64,000 nt of DNA, from contig JAKSJL010000001.1 of the NCBI GenBank assembly GCA_024398295.1, positions 1,589 through 65,588 of the forward strand. The letters run 5' to 3'. The position numbers were made by a program, and so were the translations under genes. Every line of letters begins with the position of its first letter. Within the stretch, counting starts at the first letter, position 1. The notes beneath the pieces are model-generated. The model was given only the letters and a program-made list of their open reading frames with translations, searched no databases and was not told where the DNA came from. This DNA is from Bacteroidales bacterium. GTDB lineage: Bacteria; Bacteroidota; Bacteroidia; Bacteroidales; UBA932. Below, in pieces: positions 27,512-37,739 of this stretch.

Positions 27512-30500
27512 ATGATCAACATAATGAAAGCATCTGCAGGTTCAGGTAAGACCTATAACCTTGCGAAGACATATTTGACACTGCTGTTCAGCAGCGAGGA
27601 GCGCCGCCAGTATAAGCATATACTTGCAGTCACCTTCACAAACAAGGCGACTGCCGAGATGAAGTCCCGTATCCTGAAGGAGCTTCATGTGCTTTCTGTC
27701 ACACCTGAGAAGTCTGGCTATTTCAAGGACTTCGTGCCGTCGCTCTTCCCATCTGCCGAATCGCTCAGGAAGAAGGCTGAGGAGGTGCTGGTGGATATAC
27801 TTCATGACTACAGCGCATTCTCGGTCAGCACCATTGACAAGTTCTTCCAGCAGACCCTCAAGGCGTTTGCCAGGGAGATAGGACAGTTCTCTGCATATCA
27901 GATCGAGCTGGATAAGAAATCATTGATCCATGAGTCTGTAGACCGCATCCTCGACTCGCTTACCGAGGATAATGTGGCGCTTCTGTCGTGGCTTAATGAG
28001 AATGTCATGAACCAGCTCGCGAAGGGTACGAAGGTAGCCATAGAGAGTGAACTTTATGACATGGCTGAGCGCCTGAAGAGCGAGGAGCACAGGACCCTCG
28101 CAGAGGCCAAGGACATCGATGACTCGGTGGCGTTCTCCAAGGAGAGACTCGACATCATCCGCAAGGAGTGTGATGAGGTGATCGCTTCGTTCCCTGCGAA
28201 GGTCGAGGAAGGCGCGAAGGCTGTTCTCGAGGCTCTCAAGCGTGCATGCATCAGTGTAGAAGATACATATAAAGGCTTTATCGGGGCAGTCTATAACTAT
28301 ACCGAGATCGCTGACGGTGACGAGGTGAAGCGCCCTAGTGATGCGTTCCTCAGAAGGGCTGCAGATCCGGAGCAGTGGTTCTCGAAGGCAAATGCGAAGA
28401 AGCTGCTTGCGCAGACTCAGCCTTGTCTGGAGGATCCACTTGGCAGTTTCTGTGCGCTGTTTGACACAGAGTTCAAGTTCTACAAGACAGCTCTGCTTCT
28501 GAGAGAGCAGACCTTCACCCTGGGCATCGCGGCAGTGGTGAATGCTGAGTTTGAGGCCCTTCTCAAGGAGAAGAATGTACTGAGCCTTGATGACTCAAAT
28601 ACCCTTCTTCATCGCATCATAGATGGCAGTGATGCTCCGTTCGTGTACGAGAAGCTCGGCGTAAGGTTCGAGAACTTCCTCCTGGACGAGTTCCAGGATA
28701 CATCTACCATCCAGTGGGATAACTTCAAGCCACTTCTCGCGGAGAGTGATGCAAATGGCAGGTCAAACCTCGTGGTGGGTGATGTCAAGCAGAGTATCTA
28801 CAGATGGAGAGGTTCAGACTGGAAGCTTCTGGGCGAGACAGTCTCCGGCAGTTTCCAGGACTCTGAGGAGAAGACTCTCGATTCAAACTACAGAAGTGCG
28901 AAGGCTGTGGTCGAGTTTAACAATGCCTTCTTCAAGAGTGCCGCAGAGACTCTCGGTCTCAGTGACATCTATGCAGATGTGGCTCAGGCTCCTATGACTG
29001 ACGAGAAGCAGCCAGGATCAGTGCTTGTCGATTTCTGTGATGCGGAGGAGGTCCTTTCCAAGGTGTGCCAGAGCGTCAAGGATGCTACTGACAGGGGAGC
29101 CAGGTATGGCGATATCGCTGTGCTTGTGAGAAACAATGCAGAAGGCGGTACCATCGCTACAGAGCTCATCAAGGCTGGCATCCCTGTCATCTCCGATGAT
29201 TCACTGGACACGAAGTCCTCAGTGACGGTGAGAAGGCTCGTTTCCATCCTTACGTGCGTAGATAACCCTTCAGATGGGGTGGGCGGCTTCATCGCCAGTA
29301 CGCTGGGCGTGGAGATGCCGAAAAGATACCACTCCCTGGTAGACCTGTGCGAGGTAATACTCAGAAGACTCAAGGAGTATGACCCTTCGGCCTTCGAGGG
29401 AGAAGTGCTCTATATCCAGTCGTTCATGGATGCGCTCAAGGACTGGACTTCGACCAATGGCCAGAACCTTGGCCAGTTCATCAAGTACTGGCAGGATGGC
29501 TCGTTCCATATCAGTTCTCCAGCAGATCCTGATTCAGTCAGGATCATGACTATCCATAAGTCCAAGGGACTTGAGTTCCCTTATGTCATCTTCCCGTTTG
29601 CAGAGAATGTAGGCCTTTACAAGCATGACACTCACTGGTGCGAGATGGATGAGGCTGGAAATCACCTCGAGGCTTCCAAGTCCATATTCCCGGTGGATCT
29701 CTCGTCCGGTGCGGCAAATACCTTGTTCAATGGCCGCTATCAGGAGGAGCTTTTCCTTCAGAAGGTAGATAACCTTAACGTGTTCTATGTGGCTCTCACC
29801 AGAGCGGCGAAGGAGCTTCATGTCATATGTACAGAGCCTTCGGAGTCGTTCCTTAAGAGCATGGAGAAGGGCAGCCCTGCCTATAAGGACCTCTCGCATA
29901 TCCTCTATGCCTATACGAGGACTGCCGGGACCAAGTTTGGACAGCCGTACGACTACAGGAAGATGGAGAGGAAGAATGACTCCAAGGAGTCGGTATTTGA
30001 CGCCTCTTATCCTTCATTTGCCCTCAATGTCCCTTCTGAGGGACTTGCGAGACTTGAGCTGAGCTCGGATTCGGCGGACTTCTTCTCTGAGGATGGTCTC
30101 GCTGGAGTGGAGGCCTCCGCACGTCTGAACGGCGTAGTGCTTCACTGCATTCTGTCGAAGGTAGATACCCTGGACGATCTCAGACCTGCTGTAGAAGCTG
30201 CGGTTCTCGATGGTATGCTCACTGCATTCGAGGGTGAGAAAGCCCTGAAGCTCCTGACAGCCCGAGTGCAGTCGGCCATGGATAGAGGCTGGTTCGACTC
30301 GTCTGCGTCATTCCGCGAAGTGGATATCATAGACGATACGAAGGGCGATCTCTATCGTCCAGACCGCGTGGAAGTATCTGGGAATGAGGTGACTGTGATA
30401 GACTATAAGTTCGCGAAGAAAGTGCAGGAGCACATAGACCAGGTATCCCACTATATGGATCTCTATAAGAGGATGGGGTACTCTTCTGTGAAGGGTTATC

Positions 30501-30538
30501 TGTGGTATGTCTACGATGACAGTGTGATCGAGATCTAG
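27512..30538 (+). CDS. AddA-like UvrD helicase-nuclease
   Basis: ASAGSGKT, TFTNKA, DEFQDT, VGDVKQSIYRWRG, TIHKSKGLEF, YVALTRA, RPDR..IDYK. Confidence 0.9.
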   Translation: MINIMKASAGSGKTYNLAKTYLTLLFSSEERRQYKHILAVTFTNKATAEMKSRILKELHVLSVTPEKSGYFKDFVPSLFPSAESLRKKAEEVLVDILHDYSAFSVSTIDKFFQQTLKAFAREIGQFSAYQIELDKKSLIHESVDRILDSLTEDNVALLSWLNENVMNQLAKGTKVAIESELYDMAERLKSEEHRTLAEAKDIDDSVAFSKERLDIIRKECDEVIASFPAKVEEGAKAVLEALKRACISVEDTYKGFIGAVYNYTEIADGDEVKRPSDAFLRRAADPEQWFSKANAKKLLAQTQPCLEDPLGSFCALFDTEFKFYKTALLLREQTFTLGIAAVVNAEFEALLKEKNVLSLDDSNTLLHRIIDGSDAPFVYEKLGVRFENFLLDEFQDTSTIQWDNFKPLLAESDANGRSNLVVGDVKQSIYRWRGSDWKLLGETVSGSFQDSEEKTLDSNYRSAKAVVEFNNAFFKSAAETLGLSDIYADVAQAPMTDEKQPGSVLVDFCDAEEVLSKVCQSVKDATDRGARYGDIAVLVRNNAEGGTIATELIKAGIPVISDDSLDTKSSVTVRRLVSILTCVDNPSDGVGGFIASTLGVEMPKRYHSLVDLCEVILRRLKEYDPSAFEGEVLYIQSFMDALKDWTSTNGQNLGQFIKYWQDGSFHISSPADPDSVRIMTIHKSKGLEFPYVIFPFAENVGLYKHDTHWCEMDEAGNHLEASKSIFPVDLSSGAANTLFNGRYQEELFLQKVDNLNVFYVALTRAAKELHVICTEPSESFLKSMEKGSPAYKDLSHILYAYTRTAGTKFGQPYDYRKMERKNDSKESVFDASYPSFALNVPSEGLARLELSSDSADFFSEDGLAGVEASARLNGVVLHCILSKVDTLDDLRPAVEAAVLDGMLTAFEGEKALKLLTARVQSAMDRGWFDSSASFREVDIIDDTKGDLYRPDRVEVSGNEVTVIDYKFAKKVQEHIDQVSHYMDLYKRMGYSSVKGYLWYVYDDSVIEI

Positions 30539-32166
30539 ATTCTGAGGGTGCCTGTCGCGATGCTGGTCACGGCTTCGCGATGGGTGATCCATAAGATAGT
30601 CCTCTCTCCGTCCAGAGACTTGTTCATCCTCTCGAGCAGCGTCTTCTCAGTCTCGCTGTCGAGAGCAGAAGTGGCCTCGTCAAGGATGAGGATGCCACCT
30701 TCATGAAGGAGCGCGCGAGCGATAGCGATGCGCTGCGCCTGGCCTTCGCTCAGGCCACCGCCCTTCTCGCTGCAGATGCTGTCCAGCCCGTGAGGCAGGT
30801 CGAGGACGAAGTCCGCGACTGCCGTGTGGAGGGCGTCACGTATCTGCTGCTCTGTGGCATCAGGATTCGCCAGCAGCAGGTTTTCTCTGATGGTTCCTGT
30901 CATGAGACTGTTCCCTTGAGGGACATACATGAAGTTACATCTGGTATTTACGTCAGCTGGGACAGACTCCTCGCTGTCATACAGGTATATATTTCCAGAA
31001 GTAGGTTTGAGAAGACCGAGGATAAGTCTGGTAAGAGTACTCTTTCCTGCTCCGGTGAGACCCATTATGGCCGTGATGCCGCCTGGCTTGAAATCATATG
31101 AGAAATGCGACAGAACCTCCTCAGTACCATCCGCATACATAAAACTCATGTCTTCGATCCTGATGCCTGGAGCTCCCTTGAGAAGTTTCTTCTCTCCGCT
31201 GGTTTCAAGAGGAAGGTCTGTCATCTCTGAGATTCTGTCTACAGATGTGAGGGCGTGGATGAATGCTGGTATGTGGCGACCTATCTCAGCTATAGGTCTC
31301 TGGACCTGTCCGACGAGCTGCAGGAATGCAGTCATCATACCGAAGGTCACTGTCCCTGCCTTTATGCCCAGTATGCCCCAGAGGAATGCGGCAGCGTAGC
31401 CTGCAAGGAAGCCAAGTCGCATGAAGCCGCGAGCTACAGCATTGTAATTCAGCCTCTTGACTGTATATCCCTCGAGATCCTCCTGAAGCCATCCCATCTT
31501 TTCGAGCACCCTCTCGGTGCAGCCAAGTGTGAGCACCAGCATCCTGTGCTGAAGGTTTTCCTGCATGTGCCCCTGGATCTCGCTGTCCTTCGCTCTCACC
31601 AGTGAGGTGAGTTTCCTTATCTGCTTGAAGAACAGCTTGCTTCCAAGCACAGCTACAGGCATGAGGATGAGGAGCACCCAGAGGAGCGAGCTTTCCAGCG
31701 AGAAGAGGAAGATGGACGCTGCGATGAGCTGGCAGATGGTCACTATCACATCAGGCACCCTGCTGCAGATGAGCTCCACCACCACCCTGACATCTTCTTC
31801 CAGACGGTTTATCATGTCTGCGGAATGGAAGGCCTCGCGTCCTTTCCACTCGACCTTCATGACATGGTCGAATACGCTGGCTCTCATCTTGTTCTGCGCT
31901 TTCAGGGTGATGTATCCACTCCACCATGCCTCGCCGATGCCCTCTACCAGCTGCATGCTGATGATGCCGATCATGATGGCAATGTGTACCCTGAGGTCTG
32001 CAGGGGAGACGCCCGTGGCTATGTCCACGAGAGCCTTGCATATCCACACGAAGCCCAGCGACAGCGCTATGCGGCACAGGCCCAGGGCGCAGCTGGCAGC
32101 AATCTGCCATCTGTGCGGGCGCATCATGCCTATGAGGCATCTGAGGCTGGTCTTGAACTCTCTCAT
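30535..32166 (-). CDS. ABC exporter, fused permease/ATPase
   Basis: TM domain then GLTGAGKST, LSEGQAQR, ILDEATSALD. Confidence 0.92.
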   Translation of the reverse strand: MREFKTSLRCLIGMMRPHRWQIAASCALGLCRIALSLGFVWICKALVDIATGVSPADLRVHIAIMIGIISMQLVEGIGEAWWSGYITLKAQNKMRASVFDHVMKVEWKGREAFHSADMINRLEEDVRVVVELICSRVPDVIVTICQLIAASIFLFSLESSLLWVLLILMPVAVLGSKLFFKQIRKLTSLVRAKDSEIQGHMQENLQHRMLVLTLGCTERVLEKMGWLQEDLEGYTVKRLNYNAVARGFMRLGFLAGYAAAFLWGILGIKAGTVTFGMMTAFLQLVGQVQRPIAEIGRHIPAFIHALTSVDRISEMTDLPLETSGEKKLLKGAPGIRIEDMSFMYADGTEEVLSHFSYDFKPGGITAIMGLTGAGKSTLTRLILGLLKPTSGNIYLYDSEESVPADVNTRCNFMYVPQGNSLMTGTIRENLLLANPDATEQQIRDALHTAVADFVLDLPHGLDSICSEKGGGLSEGQAQRIAIARALLHEGGILILDEATSALDSETEKTLLERMNKSLDGERTILWITHREAVTSIATGTLRI

Positions 32167-32433
32167 TTACTCGATGATACCTGCTTCCGTGAGGCTTGTT
32201 ACGAGTCTCTCAGCATCTGTGCGGGCGAGCTGCTCGTCGATGCCATACTTCTCACAGAGAAGTCGGGACAGGTCCTCTACGGTGAACTCCTTGTCCACCA
32301 CCTGCTCCCAAAGATAGGCTGCAGAAGAATTCAACGCTGCCATCTTGTTGAAGTTAATGAGCTGCTTGCCCTCTGGGATGACGATGTGGTCGCTGCCCAC
32401 TGAGCGCATCTTGAAACCTGACTTTATCTTCAT
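32167..32433 (-). CDS. PqqD family protein (RiPP recognition element)
   Basis: 88 aa; MKIKSGF..LNSSAAYLW..L..Y.ID...A..D...L...GII pattern. Confidence 0.88.
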   Translation of the reverse strand: MKIKSGFKMRSVGSDHIVIPEGKQLINFNKMAALNSSAAYLWEQVVDKEFTVEDLSRLLCEKYGIDEQLARTDAERLVTSLTEAGIIE

Positions 32434-32434
32434 A

Positions 32435-32890
32435 TCAATATAATTTCAACAATGTTCTTCTATAAACTCCGAGGATGATCCTGCGAAGTGGCAGGAGCCT
32501 TCTCCAGAAGCGCGCCTGTCGCTGATGCTTAACTCCCTCGCAGTCAATCGAGTGCCCCTTCTTCTTCGATATCTTTGTGGCTGTGCCAATGATATCCTCC
32601 TTATGGCACCTCTCCTGCCCCTTGAGGTTGCCGTCGCCCATCAGCACTATCTCGTCAGAGCCCACTTCCAACACCCTGTGGAGCACGTAGGATTTTCCGT
32701 TCACAAGTGCAAGGACAATGTCTCCCACCTTCACATCCTCCATCTTTTTCAATGTCACCGTGTCCTTCTCACCGACGATGAATGGCAGCATGCTGTTTCC
32801 CTTGGTCGGGATGACTACCTCGTGTCCATCGCGTAGGAGCCTGTCCACCTCGGCGAACATCAGGTCATTCTGGATCGTAACCTTATTCAT
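32435..32890 (-). CDS. S24/S26 family peptidase
   Basis: GNSMLP Ser, GDIVL, LHRV, MGDGN (Ser/His signal-peptidase-like). Confidence 0.85.
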   Translation of the reverse strand: MNKVTIQNDLMFAEVDRLLRDGHEVVIPTKGNSMLPFIVGEKDTVTLKKMEDVKVGDIVLALVNGKSYVLHRVLEVGSDEIVLMGDGNLKGQERCHKEDIIGTATKISKKKGHSIDCEGVKHQRQARFWRRLLPLRRIILGVYRRTLLKLY

Positions 32891-33776
32891 CGCCTAGGAC
32901 TTCTGCTGCGCACACCCTCGCCGCCATCTCGTCAGGCAGGCAGTCAAGCACGTAGCAAGGTGTGCTGATGGCTACTTTCGCAAATGTATCATGAAGTCCA
33001 TCCACCATATTGGCCTCGAACTTGAGTCCTGATGATGATGAATAGACAGAGGCGTATGCTTCTGGTATGCTGAGCCTGGTAATCTTGTCGAAAGGTGCCC
33101 TTCTTATCCTGACCATGGCCCCGACGGGTGCGCTTATATTGCGGTAGCAAGGAGTCTTTCCGCTCCATGGCGAGCCATAGGCAATGACGCTGCCATCCTC
33201 CTTCACCCTCACTATAGGGTTATCGTCATTCATCAGTTCGCTGCCTTCTATGTGCTTGAGCCAGAGGCTGCTGTGGGTGCTCTTTCCAGTGCCGCTCTTC
33301 GCGAGGAAAAGGAAAGCCTTGCCCTTGCACATGATTACTGACGAGTGCATCTCCAGTGTGCCGAGGGATGCTGTATTCAGCGCATAAAGAAGCATCAGTG
33401 AGTTGTTTATGCCATACATGACGGTGGATGGCGTGCCGCTAACGTGTGCAAGGCCTTTCTTCAAGTCCTTCGAAGCGTCAAGCACGCAGCAGATAGGGGA
33501 GTAGTGGTTAATGCTCATCCTGAACTGCCACTCGCCACCCTCGGTGCGGTACACCTCGATGCGTGGCATGTCCTTGTCTTCGCACTCGTCTTCATATGCG
33601 GGCTCACCCATGAATGTCCATGGTTCAGATGTCGCCTCGACTGAGAATACAGGATCTGAAGCGCCCCCGAGGGCAAATGGCTCGTATGCCTTGAGGGTAT
33701 CCCATGCAGGAAAATCCTCTGGCATCACCAGGCTGAAGTCGTGCTCAGCCACCCTGAATAATCTTTCTTTTTTCAT
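32883..33776 (-). CDS. HPr kinase/PEPCK-like P-loop protein
   Basis: MHSS, AKSGTGKST Walker A, NDD, GSPWSGK. Confidence 0.75.
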   Translation of the reverse strand: MKKERLFRVAEHDFSLVMPEDFPAWDTLKAYEPFALGGASDPVFSVEATSEPWTFMGEPAYEDECEDKDMPRIEVYRTEGGEWQFRMSINHYSPICCVLDASKDLKKGLAHVSGTPSTVMYGINNSLMLLYALNTASLGTLEMHSSVIMCKGKAFLFLAKSGTGKSTHSSLWLKHIEGSELMNDDNPIVRVKEDGSVIAYGSPWSGKTPCYRNISAPVGAMVRIRRAPFDKITRLSIPEAYASVYSSSSGLKFEANMVDGLHDTFAKVAISTPCYVLDCLPDEMAARVCAAEVLGDE

Positions 33777-33895
33777 ACCGATTTAGGGTGTAAAGTTACT
33801 AATAATATTTTGTATATTTGTAAACTGAATAAACTTGATTCAAAGTACGGACGTGAAGGCCTTCTCGAGCCTTCAGCCGTGAATGAAAGAACATT

Positions 33896-34576
33896 ATGGA
33901 AGCTAACGAAAATACTATCAAACTGTACTATAATACAGAAAGGGAGAGTCTCGCCATGCCGGAGTACGGACGAAATGTACTCAGGATGGTCGAGCAGTTG
34001 AAGGAGATCGAGGACAGGGACAAGCGCAGCGAGCAGGCTCGCGCTGTGGTCAAGGTGATGGAGACCCTGAACCCTCAGGTACATCAGCAGGAGAATTTCG
34101 AGCAGAAGCTCTGGGATCATCTTTTCCTTATCGCAGGTCTTGACCTGGATATCGATGCCCCATTCCCTAAGCCTACTGCAGAGCAGCTGCAGTCGCGCCC
34201 AGAGATCATTCCTCTCAAGAAGAAGCCAGTGAAGGCGGCTCACTATGGAAGGAACATAGAGAGCATCATTGACCTCATCGCTGGGGAGAATGATGGAGAG
34301 GTGAAGACTGCCATGATCAGGTCTCTTGCCATCTACATGCGCCAGCAGTATCTTATCTGGAACAAGGACAGCGTAGCCGATGAGACCATCTTCTCTGATA
34401 TCGAGCAGCTCTCAGATGGCCGCATCAAGGTGCCAGAGGAGATCAGCCTGACCAGGATTTCTGAGAATGCCAGCTTTGCGCGTCCAGGCATGTCCGTGAA
34501 TGTAGGACAGGCAGCCCAGAACAAGCAGGGATGGGGTAGGAAGAACTTTGGAAAGAAAGGAAACAGGAGGAAATAG
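33896..34576 (+). CDS. DUF4290 domain protein
   Basis: YNTERE.L.MPEYGRNV, KLWDHL, YGRNI, WNKDSV.D; TATATTTG at 33813-33820. Confidence 0.85.
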   Translation: MEANENTIKLYYNTERESLAMPEYGRNVLRMVEQLKEIEDRDKRSEQARAVVKVMETLNPQVHQQENFEQKLWDHLFLIAGLDLDIDAPFPKPTAEQLQSRPEIIPLKKKPVKAAHYGRNIESIIDLIAGENDGEVKTAMIRSLAIYMRQQYLIWNKDSVADETIFSDIEQLSDGRIKVPEEISLTRISENASFARPGMSVNVGQAAQNKQGWGRKNFGKKGNRRK

Positions 34577-34578
34577 AC

Positions 34579-37122
34579 ATGAAATTCTTTTCTGGACTCA
34601 CATCGAAGATAACAGATGAGACCAAGGACAAGGTGAGGATAGCCACAGGTATCTGCGTGGCGATCTTCACTCTCTTTACCTTGCTCTCGGTAGTCTCGTT
34701 TCTCTTCACCTGGAAGCAGGATCAGAGTCTCATGACCGATCCTGCGATGATGAAGGGCTCTGTGGATGCTGCGAACCTGTGCGGAAAGATGGGACTCAGA
34801 TGGTCCTGGATGCTTGTCCATAACTGGTTTGGACTCGGAAGCATTGCCTTCGTGGTCATACTCTTTGCCCTCTCTGTGAGGCTCCTCACGGGTCAGTGGA
34901 AGCAGTCGCTTCTTAAGACTGCGATCCTCACTCTCTCGGGCGCATTTGTCGCTTCGCTTGTATGCGCGTTCATCGGCCAGATGTTTGGCGCAGTGGGCGC
35001 ATTCGGTGCCGGCGCAGGTGGCCAGTGCGGCCAGTTCGTGGTGGATAGCCTGAGTAATCTGGTAGGCCCGTTCATCGCCGGCGCCCTTATCTGCGCCCTG
35101 GTGATTTTCTGGCTGTTCCTGTGCTCAGACAGGTTCGCGGAGATAGTGAATGGCTGGTTCGCCAGCTTCGGCGCTGATACAGCCGCAGACCCTGCTCCTA
35201 GGCAGGAGCCGGAAGTGGTGAACACCCCATCCGAAGCCCCTGTGGTGGATGATTACTCTGAAAATGTACAGCCAGTCACTGTGCATCAGTCAGTGGTGTG
35301 GGACACTCCTAAGGTGGTGGAGCCTGAGGTGACGACTCCTGAGGAGGCGCCGCATAGCGCATTCGACGATATCTTTGCTCCTCGACAGACAGAGGAAGTG
35401 GAGACCCCGGCTGCTCCTGTCTACCAGACTCCAGTATATCAGACGCCATCATATCAGCCAGCGGCAGAGGAGACCCCTGCCACAGAGGGCTCGTTCTCTG
35501 TGGAGATGGGAAAGGATCTTGACCTTGATGCCAAGGAGCCACTTCCAAGGATGGATGTCCGCATGGACCCTCCTGAGGGCCTGCCTAAGTACAAGTTCCC
35601 TTCGCTGGAACTCCTTGGAGACCATGACGCCGACAAGGAGGATGTGTCTGCGGAAGAGCTCGAGAGAAACAATAACAAAATCCGCTGCGCTCTGCGTAAC
35701 TATGGCATAGAGGTGGATGATGTACGCGCCATCGTGGGCCCTACAGTCACCTTGTACAAGGTTTATCCTGCACAGGGCGTGAAGATATCCGCGATCAGGA
35801 ACCGTCATGAGGACATCGCGATGTCGCTCCACGCAAACGGAGTGCGTATCGTCACACTACCTGATTCAGTAGGTATCGAGGTGGCGAATGACAAGGCGTC
35901 CATCGTTCCGCTCAAGGGACTTCTGAACTCTGATGCATTCCGTAACTCGAAGGCAGAGCTGCCTGTTGCTATCGGATGTAACATTCAGAAGAAGGTGAGG
36001 GTGTTTGACCTCGCCGATGCACCGCATCTGCTCGTGGCCGGTGCGACCAAGCAGGGTAAGTCAGTCGGCCTGAACGTACTCATTGCCTCTCTTCTCTATG
36101 CCAAGCATCCGGCAGAGATGAAGATGGTGTTCATCGATCCGAAGATGGTGGAGTTCTCTCCTTATGAGAGACTTATTCATCACTATCTGGCTGTGCTTCC
36201 AGATGCTGTGGATGAGCAGGATGAGATGTCTAAGGCTATCGTGAAGACTCCTAAGCAGGCGGAGCGCGTGCTCAAGTCTCTCTGTATCGAGATGGACCAG
36301 CGCTATGAGCTCCTCTCCAAGGCATATGTGAACAAGATCACCCTCTATAATGAGAAGTTCAAGGATCATAAGCTGAACCCTCAGCATGGCCACAGGTTCA
36401 TGCCATACATAGTCTGCATCATTGATGAGTATGCCGACCTAGCTATGTCAGGTGGCTCAGGATCAGAGGGAAAGGCTATGAAGAAGAATATCATGGACGC
36501 TATCGTGCGCCTTGCCCAGAAGGGTCGTGCCGCTGGTATCCATGTGGTCATTGCGACCCAGAGGCCTTCTGTCGATGTGATCACAGGTCTTATCAAGGCG
36601 AACTTCCCTGCTCGTATCGCATTCCGCGTGACCACGGGTGTGGACTCGAAGACCATCCTCGATCAGTCTGGTGCTGAGAAGCTCATCGGTAGGGGAGACA
36701 TGCTCTACTACGCAGGAGTGGAGAGCGAGCGTATCCAGTGCGGCTATATCTCGAACAGCGAGATCAATGACCTGTCTGAGTGGGTATTCAATCAGCAGGG
36801 ATACGGAAAGAGCTATAATACACCATATTACCTGCCGGAGCCTGAACCAGAAGGAGAGGGCGAGAGCATTGGTATGGTGGATATGAAGGATCTCGATGAG
36901 AAGTTCGAGGAGGCTGCGAAGCTGGTCGTGATGACCCAGAAGGGCTCGACTTCAGACCTTCAGAGAAGGCTTGGCATGGGATATGCGAAGGCAGGTAGAG
37001 TGATGGACCAGCTTGAGGCTGCGGGTATCGTAGGCCCTCAGGAGGGATCGAAGCCTAGACAGGTTCTCGTCTCTTCGCTTGAGGAGCTGGAGGTCATCAT
37101 CAAACCATTCCTGAATTACTAG
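34579..37122 (+). CDS. ftsK: DNA translocase FtsK
   Basis: 4TM N-domain, Pro-rich linker, PHLLVAGATKQGKS, IDEYAD, ATQRPS, gamma domain LQRRLGMGY. Confidence 0.95.
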   Translation: MKFFSGLTSKITDETKDKVRIATGICVAIFTLFTLLSVVSFLFTWKQDQSLMTDPAMMKGSVDAANLCGKMGLRWSWMLVHNWFGLGSIAFVVILFALSVRLLTGQWKQSLLKTAILTLSGAFVASLVCAFIGQMFGAVGAFGAGAGGQCGQFVVDSLSNLVGPFIAGALICALVIFWLFLCSDRFAEIVNGWFASFGADTAADPAPRQEPEVVNTPSEAPVVDDYSENVQPVTVHQSVVWDTPKVVEPEVTTPEEAPHSAFDDIFAPRQTEEVETPAAPVYQTPVYQTPSYQPAAEETPATEGSFSVEMGKDLDLDAKEPLPRMDVRMDPPEGLPKYKFPSLELLGDHDADKEDVSAEELERNNNKIRCALRNYGIEVDDVRAIVGPTVTLYKVYPAQGVKISAIRNRHEDIAMSLHANGVRIVTLPDSVGIEVANDKASIVPLKGLLNSDAFRNSKAELPVAIGCNIQKKVRVFDLADAPHLLVAGATKQGKSVGLNVLIASLLYAKHPAEMKMVFIDPKMVEFSPYERLIHHYLAVLPDAVDEQDEMSKAIVKTPKQAERVLKSLCIEMDQRYELLSKAYVNKITLYNEKFKDHKLNPQHGHRFMPYIVCIIDEYADLAMSGGSGSEGKAMKKNIMDAIVRLAQKGRAAGIHVVIATQRPSVDVITGLIKANFPARIAFRVTTGVDSKTILDQSGAEKLIGRGDMLYYAGVESERIQCGYISNSEINDLSEWVFNQQGYGKSYNTPYYLPEPEPEGEGESIGMVDMKDLDEKFEEAAKLVVMTQKGSTSDLQRRLGMGYAKAGRVMDQLEAAGIVGPQEGSKPRQVLVSSLEELEVIIKPFLNY

Positions 37123-37123
37123 T

Positions 37124-37738
37124 ATGAAGAGAACATTCGCTATCCTCCTCTCAGTCATGCTGACAGCTTCGGCATGGGGCCAGAACATTGTCTCAGACTT
37201 CGCTGCTTCCCTCAAGGGGCACAAGGCGTCATTTGACTATTCATATGCTGTGAAGGGAGACCTTCCGCTTTCGGGCAAGGGCAAGGTAGCTCTCCAGGGA
37301 GATGCCTTCACCATGACAGGCAATGGTCTGGAGATCTACTGTGATGGCGCTACACGCTGGACAGTGGACACCGCAGCAGAGGAGTGCTATATCGAGAGCG
37401 TAAGCGGGGAAACTCCTGACTATGAGGCAAATCCAGCCCTCCTTGTGGGTGCTGTAGACAAGGCTTTCGCGTTGAAGAAGACTTCGTCTACTACCTTCAA
37501 GGGCAAGAAAGTGACCGCTGCGTATATGGAACCTAAGACCAAGGGGACAAACTTCAAGAGCGTGACCCTGTTCTTTGCGGGGAAGTCACTTGAGGGCGCG
37601 TCTATCGTGGTCAGTGATGGCACAGTGACAGAGTTTGTGATATCAGGACTGACTCTTACTGATGCGAAGGCGAAGAGCACTTATTCCTTCGATACAAAGA
37701 AACTATCAAAAAGCTATATAATAACAGACCTACGATAA
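37124..37738 (+). CDS. LolA-like outer membrane lipoprotein carrier
   Basis: Signal peptide, DG.T.W, NPA, ends ITDLR; follows ftsK. Confidence 0.75.
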   Translation: MKRTFAILLSVMLTASAWGQNIVSDFAASLKGHKASFDYSYAVKGDLPLSGKGKVALQGDAFTMTGNGLEIYCDGATRWTVDTAAEECYIESVSGETPDYEANPALLVGAVDKAFALKKTSSTTFKGKKVTAAYMEPKTKGTNFKSVTLFFAGKSLEGASIVVSDGTVTEFVISGLTLTDAKAKSTYSFDTKKLSKSYIITDLR

Positions 37739-37739
37739 T

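Noticed and set aside
33777-33895. Precursor peptide for the RRE cassette in the upstream gap
   Set aside because: Gap is occupied by divergent promoter elements and a leader hairpin; no credible short minus-strand ORF
35416-35460. Imperfect 15-nt tandem repeat (PVYQT PVYQT PSYQP) in ftsK
   Set aside because: Ordinary low-complexity FtsK linker
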